Positions 59,192 through 64,000 of a stretch of DNA of 64,000 nt are shown here, one piece after another. Within the stretch, counting starts at the first letter, position 1. Each line of letters opens with the position of its first letter. The notes under the pieces are model-generated. The model was not told where the DNA came from and made no database searches. It worked only from the letters and a program-made list of their open reading frames with translations. The translations under genes and the position numbers were made by a program. Location of the stretch: assembly GCA_945787445.1 (NCBI GenBank), contig CALZHT010000001.1:22460-86459 (forward strand), given 5' to 3'. The DNA is from an uncultured Desulfobulbaceae bacterium. GTDB lineage: Bacteria > Desulfobacterota > Desulfobulbia > Desulfobulbales > CALZHT01.

Positions 59192-60259
59192 ATGAAAAGC
59201 ATATTCATATTCTGCTTGATGCTGTTTGCCGTGGTCATGATGCTGGCCTCTGCAGAGGCGGACAATACCATGACCATGAAAAAACAGGAAAAAGCCACGT
59301 TGGCGGGCGGCTGTTTCTGGTGCATGGAAAAGCCCTTTGAAAAGCTCGAGGGAGTTATTGACGTTTCCTCCGGGTATATGGGAGGTTCCAGCCAGGATCC
59401 CACCTATGAGAATTACGCGGCTGCTAACCATATCGAGGTTGTTGAAATTGTGTATGATCCGGACAGGATTCCCTATAATAAGCTTCTGGATGTTTTCTGG
59501 CGGCAGATTGATCCCACTGATCCGGCTGGTCAATTTGCTGATCGGGGCAGGGCATACTCGACCGCGATCTTTTACCATAACGACGAACAGAAGAGGCTGG
59601 CGGAGCGGTCGAAAAAAGAATTGCAGGAAAGAAATATCTTCGGCAAGCCCATTGTTACGCCCATTCTGCCGGCCCAGACCTTTTACAGAGCAGAGGAATA
59701 TCATCAGGATTACTACAAAAAGAACCCCCTACGCTACAAGTATTACAGATCAGGTTCGGGCCGCGATCAGTTTCTCGAAAAAATCTGGGGCAAGAATGGA
59801 AAAATAAAGAAATGGAGCCGCTCTGAACTACAGAGCAGATTAACACCCTTGCAGTATAAGGTCACCCAGGAAGAAGGAACCGAACCACCGTTTAACAATG
59901 AATACTGGGATAACAAAAGTCCAGGCATATACGTGGATATCGTTTCGGGCGAACCTCTTTTCAGTTCCCTGGATAAATATGCATCCGGCACCGGCTGGCC
60001 CAGTTTCAGTAAATCCCTGGCACCTGAAAATATTGTCGAGCGGGTGGACAGAAAATTGTTCATCAAGAGAACGGAAGTACGGAGCAGGCAGGGTGACTCA
60101 CACTTGGGCCATGTTTTTGATGACGGCCCGCCGCCATCCGGCCAACGCTATTGCATCAACTCCGCAGCCTTGCGCTTTGTTCCCATTGAAAAACTGAAAA
60201 GCGAAGGGTATGGAGAATTTCTTGCTCTTTTCACCAGGCAGGGTACCAAGGACCTATAA
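59192..60259 (+). CDS. msrAB: Exported bifunctional methionine sulfoxide reductase MsrA-MsrB
   Basis: RBS GGAGG, signal peptide [23 protein letters not shown], MsrA GCFWC and AEEYHQDY, MsrB GTGWPSF, HLGHVF, RYCINS. Confidence 0.92.
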   Translation: MKSIFIFCLMLFAVVMMLASAEADNTMTMKKQEKATLAGGCFWCMEKPFEKLEGVIDVSSGYMGGSSQDPTYENYAAANHIEVVEIVYDPDRIPYNKLLDVFWRQIDPTDPAGQFADRGRAYSTAIFYHNDEQKRLAERSKKELQERNIFGKPIVTPILPAQTFYRAEEYHQDYYKKNPLRYKYYRSGSGRDQFLEKIWGKNGKIKKWSRSELQSRLTPLQYKVTQEEGTEPPFNNEYWDNKSPGIYVDIVSGEPLFSSLDKYASGTGWPSFSKSLAPENIVERVDRKLFIKRTEVRSRQGDSHLGHVFDDGPPPSGQRYCINSAALRFVPIEKLKSEGYGEFLALFTRQGTKDL

Positions 60260-60321
60260 TACCCCACAGAACATCAATACCCATAAGCGCCAAATTGGAT
60301 TCTCCCCAAAAAGCTTTGGCG

Positions 60322-61149
60322 CTAAAGCTTTGCCCCACAATATTGGCAGTACTCAGCCTCAGCGATATGGTCGCTGGCCCCGCAATCGGGGCAGGGCCGG
60401 TTGCTGAGCTCCCTGTTGAAACGTTGGGTGATTTCCGCCGTAACAATTCCGGTTGGCACCGCGATAATACTGTAGCCGATGATCATCACCACTGCGGCCA
60501 GGGCCTGGCCGAGACTGGTTTGTGGCGAAATATCACCATAGCCCACCGTGGTCATGGTAACGATGGCCCAGTAAATGGAGCGGGGAATGCTGGTAAACCC
60601 GTTTTCCTCACCTTCGAGGAGATAGATAAGAGAGCCGAAGACGATCGTCAGGATAAGGACAGTGAACAGAAATACCATGATTTTACGGCTGCTCCCCTTG
60701 AGCGCCTGGATGAGAAGATTTGCCTCCCCGATATACGGCACCAGTTTGAGAACCCGGAAAACCCTCAATACTCGGATGATGCGGATGACCAGCAGAAATT
60801 GGGTGCCGGGAAGCAACACACTCAGGTAGGTAGGGAGAATAGCGAGCAGGTCAATCACGCCGAAAAAGCTGGTTGCATAGCGGATGGGGCGTCCAACGCA
60901 AAAGAGGCGCAGGAGGTATTCAATGGTAAAAAGAACGGTGAAAAACCATTCCAGGCCGTAAAGAAAATCACCGTATTCTGCGGCAACCGCCTTAACGCTG
61001 TCAAGCATCACCACCATTACGCTGATAATGATGCTGGCAATGAGAAGAACGTCAAATGTTTTTCCGGCCGCGGTTTCAGTGCCAAAGATAATGATACGCA
61101 GCCGTTGTCGCCAGCCCCTCGATACCTGATTCTGATATGTATTATGCAT
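60322..61149 (-). CDS. 6-TM voltage-gated-type potassium channel with C-terminal zinc ribbon
   Basis: S4 RIIRVLRVFRVLK, selectivity filter TTVGYGD, CPDC...CQYC. Confidence 0.9.
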   Translation of the reverse strand: MHNTYQNQVSRGWRQRLRIIIFGTETAAGKTFDVLLIASIIISVMVVMLDSVKAVAAEYGDFLYGLEWFFTVLFTIEYLLRLFCVGRPIRYATSFFGVIDLLAILPTYLSVLLPGTQFLLVIRIIRVLRVFRVLKLVPYIGEANLLIQALKGSSRKIMVFLFTVLILTIVFGSLIYLLEGEENGFTSIPRSIYWAIVTMTTVGYGDISPQTSLGQALAAVVMIIGYSIIAVPTGIVTAEITQRFNRELSNRPCPDCGASDHIAEAEYCQYCGAKL

Positions 61150-61573
61150 TGGTTATGCTCCGCACAGGGGGATAATTTTCATTGATTATAATAACGTGGA
61201 TACCCTGTATCCGTCCCAACAGCTTCGTGAAGTTATATCGTGTTGGGGGAGATTCCCCAAGAGAAATTTATATCTTTTAATTATCGTGTAACTGCCTACC
61301 TTGCTTGCGGTCCGCCCCCTTAACCTTGTCCTGTTTTTAAGTGCATCAACAGGATTCATGATCAGAGGCCCTCCCCTTTCCTTTACGCTCATTATTTCAT
61401 CTGCTAACCGAAGAGGGCGTTCGCACCCATATTCTCTTTTATCATCTTCATTCATGTAAACTTGGCGCTGTTTTGTTTCAAATAGAAAAGAATCTATACT
61501 TTACTCTCCTTTTTATGATAGGCTTATAAAAGATGATTATTACGTTCAAATATCAATAACGGAGATCAGAAGA

Positions 61574-62479
61574 ATGGGAAAAAGCGATTCAGTCCAGCTT
61601 TTAAAAAACCTTGAGCGCCATGCAAAAGCGAAAAACCCTATCGATGCCAACCTCTTGGAAAAAATCCCATATTTTACAAATATTTTCCCAGACAAAAAAC
61701 TATGGTCGGTTTTGGTGCGCCTTGCGAAAAAAGATTTGATTACCCATGAAGAAGGAATTGCCTATATTGAACATAAAAAATATGAGGCAGGAGAACACCT
61801 CATAACAAAGGGACTGTATGATCAGATGATCTATTGGGTTCTGTCCGGCCATGCCCATATTGTCGGCACGATTAAAGATCAACCCAAGACAATCTATGAA
61901 GCAAAAGAGGGAGAATGCATCGGTGAACTGTCAGTATTAAGAAGTGCCATGCGGACGGCTGATGTGGTGGCCGGAGAGGGGGGGGTCAGTGTATTACAGA
62001 TAGACTGGTCCATTATCGAGAAGAGTTCGGAATTGGGAAAGAACCTCTATCACCTTATCACTCTTCATTTGGCTGACAAACTGGATATGGCTTATAAAAG
62101 GCAGTTGAAAATTATTTCCAATTCAATCAACGTACTTGAACAAAAAATCACCGGACTTTTCGAAAGAAATAAACAACTTGAAAAATTATTGCTCAAAAGC
62201 AAAAAAACCGAAGTGAAAGCCGAACCCCAAACCGAACAGAATGAATCCCTGATTCAAGCCATCAATAATATCAAAGAAAGTTTAGCACTCCTCGAATCAC
62301 ACAAGGGTAAAGACAAGACCAAGGTCAAAGGCAAGGGCAAAGGCAAGGGCAAGGACAAAAGCAAAGTCAAAAGTAAGGTCAAAAGTAAGGTCAAAAGCAA
62401 GGGCAAGGACAAGGGCGAGGACAAAGGCAAGAACAAAGACAAAGACAAGGACAAATTGGATGTTCTTGGAATAATTTAA
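61574..62479 (+). CDS. Cyclic-nucleotide-binding domain protein with coiled coil and Lys-rich repeat tail
   Basis: GECIGELSVL...RTADVVA phosphate-binding cassette; no HTH; (K-X)n tail. Confidence 0.8.
   Translation: MGKSDSVQLLKNLERHAKAKNPIDANLLEKIPYFTNIFPDKKLWSVLVRLAKKDLITHEEGIAYIEHKKYEAGEHLITKGLYDQMIYWVLSGHAHIVGTIKDQPKTIYEAKEGECIGELSVLRSAMRTADVVAGEGGVSVLQIDWSIIEKSSELGKNLYHLITLHLADKLDMAYKRQLKIISNSINVLEQKITGLFERNKQLEKLLLKSKKTEVKAEPQTEQNESLIQAINNIKESLALLESHKGKDKTKVKGKGKGKGKDKSKVKSKVKSKVKSKGKDKGEDKGKNKDKDKDKLDVLGII
62303..62455 (+). repeat. Degenerate hexanucleotide coding repeat encoding (K-X)25
   Basis: AAR-NNN units, e.g. AAGGGC, AAAGAC, AAAAGTAAGGTC. Confidence 0.85.
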
Positions 62480-62853
62480 GATACCTTTTACCGTCTTTAG
62501 TAGATGATACAGTATACATTCGGGCAAGGATCTGAATCCTTAAAATTTTTAAACCCACCACGTAAATATTCAACGGCCATTTCATCACCAAGCCACCCTC
62601 AATTGGAAAAAAATATCTTGGCCGCTGTCGCCAAGAAGAAATACCGTGAGTAGACAATCTCGGTATGTAAGGAACTTTAATTATTTTAATGCGCTCGCTG
62701 CTCCTGTTGAGCGCTTCCCGCTTCAACAACTCCTATTTTCTAAGTTTTTTCTTTGTTTTACAGCACATTTTATTGGATAATTAAATGTTTTGGGCCGATG
62801 AGAGAAAAAGTAGCGACACGCGCTTTTTATTTTCCATACACAAGGAGGAATGG

Positions 62854-64000
62854 ATGAGGAATAACAATGGCAATAACAGATGGACCGTGGTAGCCGGTGG
62901 GCTGCTTGTCCAGATAGTACTCGGTACGGTGTATGCCTTTAGTGTTTTTGTCAAACCATTGGAAGCCGAGTTTGGTTGGGACCGCACCACAACACAGTGG
63001 GCCTTTTCCTTTGCCCTTGCCACCTTTGCCATTGTTATGATCCCGGCCGGCCGCCTGCAGGACAGGATCGGTCCCCGGAAAGTGGCAACCATGGGGGGTG
63101 TGCTTCTTGGACTCTCATTTATCTTGAGCGCCCTTCTGGTTCGGCCCGAATATCCCTGGATCCTCTATCTGACCTATGGTGTTGTGGGAGGTGCCGGTAT
63201 CGGCTTTGCCTATGTCTGTCCAATTTCCGCGGCGATGAAATGGTATCCGGACAAAAGAGGGCTGATCACCGGATTTGCCGTAGCCGGCTTTGGAGCAGGC
63301 GCCCTATTCTTTGCCGGTCCAGCCTCGACCCTGTTATTACCCACTGCCAAGGGAGGGGCTGAGGCCATGGGTATCTCGCAGGTGCTATTGGTCGGACTCG
63401 GTATCAAACACGGACATGGTTTTGGCATAGGCTGGCAAGCCTTTTTTGTCCTGCATGGCGTAGTGTGCTCCAGCATTGTAGTGCTTGGATCCATGTTTCT
63501 GCGCAATCCCCCTGCCGGGTGGTTGCCGGAAGGATGGTCACCGCCGCGCGGTAAGGAAAAACATACCAAGCTCGATGTGGACTGGCATGCCATGCTGGAT
63601 ACGCCTCTAGCCTGTATGATCTGGTTGACCTTCATTTTTGGCGCGACCTCTGGTCTCATGGCGATTGGCCAATGGAAACCGATGATGAGCGCCATCCTGC
63701 AGGGCCAGTCCTTTGCCCCGGAATGGATGGGAACGTTTGGCAGGTTTGTTGAACCGGTCGGCATTCTCGCAATCTTTAACGCCCTGGGCCGCATATTCTG
63801 GGGAAAAATTAGCGATATCATCGACCGACCCCGAGCCATGATGATGATGTTTTTGGCCCAAGGCATGGCGTTTATGATGCTGGCAAGTGTGGAATCAGTG
63901 ACCGCCGTATTTCTCGCTTCAGCCTGGGTGGGTCTCAACTTCGGCGGTAATTTCGCCCTATTCCCATCCTCAGCCGCCGATTACTTCGGCACCAAAAACC
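62854..64000 (+). CDS. MFS transporter, oxalate/formate antiporter (OFA) family, runs off the window
   Basis: Manual translation after RBS AAGGAGG: MRNNNGNNRWTVVAGG...GTVYAFSVF...AGRLQDRIGPR...KWYPDKRGLITG...NALGRIFWGKISD...ADYFGTKN. Confidence 0.88.
   Translation, partial: MRNNNGNNRWTVVAGGLLVQIVLGTVYAFSVFVKPLEAEFGWDRTTTQWAFSFALATFAIVMIPAGRLQDRIGPRKVATMGGVLLGLSFILSALLVRPEYPWILYLTYGVVGGAGIGFAYVCPISAAMKWYPDKRGLITGFAVAGFGAGALFFAGPASTLLLPTAKGGAEAMGISQVLLVGLGIKHGHGFGIGWQAFFVLHGVVCSSIVVLGSMFLRNPPAGWLPEGWSPPRGKEKHTKLDVDWHAMLDTPLACMIWLTFIFGATSGLMAIGQWKPMMSAILQGQSFAPEWMGTFGRFVEPVGILAIFNALGRIFWGKISDIIDRPRAMMMMFLAQGMAFMMLASVESVTAVFLASAWVGLNFGGNFALFPSSAADYFGTKN

Noticed and set aside
61186-61455. 89-aa ORF upstream of the K+ channel, and 112-aa ORF at 62391-62729
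   Set aside because: No motifs or convincing RBS; the latter overlaps the Lys-repeat antisense. Gene remnants cannot be excluded.

Overview
Bacterial chromosomal window, most consistent with a sulfur-cycling Desulfobacterota (Desulfobulbales-like) genome; this is inferred from gene content such as the split F0 atpZ-I-B-E operon, sirC next to ccsA and an HcpR-like Crp protein. Bases 1 to ~42 kb are mostly housekeeping genes: tetrapyrrole and quinone synthesis, rluB, IHF, rimO, atp F0, hemL, pyrKD, parAB with a perfect parS, thiC, RSH, rnr, rdgB, aroC, glgA, gap and ald. From ~42 kb the window is accessory: an orphan histidine kinase, a nonsense-disrupted DpsL ferritin, a beta-oxidation operon facing patatin/B12-radical-SAM/SDR genes, an OmpR-type two-component system followed by a secreted spondin-domain protein and an exported MsrAB, a K+ channel, a cNMP-binding protein and an OFA-type MFS transporter. 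No rRNA, tRNA, CRISPR array or intact transposase was seen. The best candidates for undescribed biology are: (1) a 1452-aa PPDK-like dikinase that lacks the pyruvate domain, has a ~950-aa unknown N-terminus and sits in a glgA-gap-X-ald cluster; (2) a two-component/spondin/periplasmic-MsrAB module with a visible 11-bp-phased GTGATA operator; (3) a long RSH with an apparently dead synthetase; (4) small terminal-inverted-repeat elements with unrelated ends that share one structured core. All calls come from reading motifs by eye; no database searches were run.
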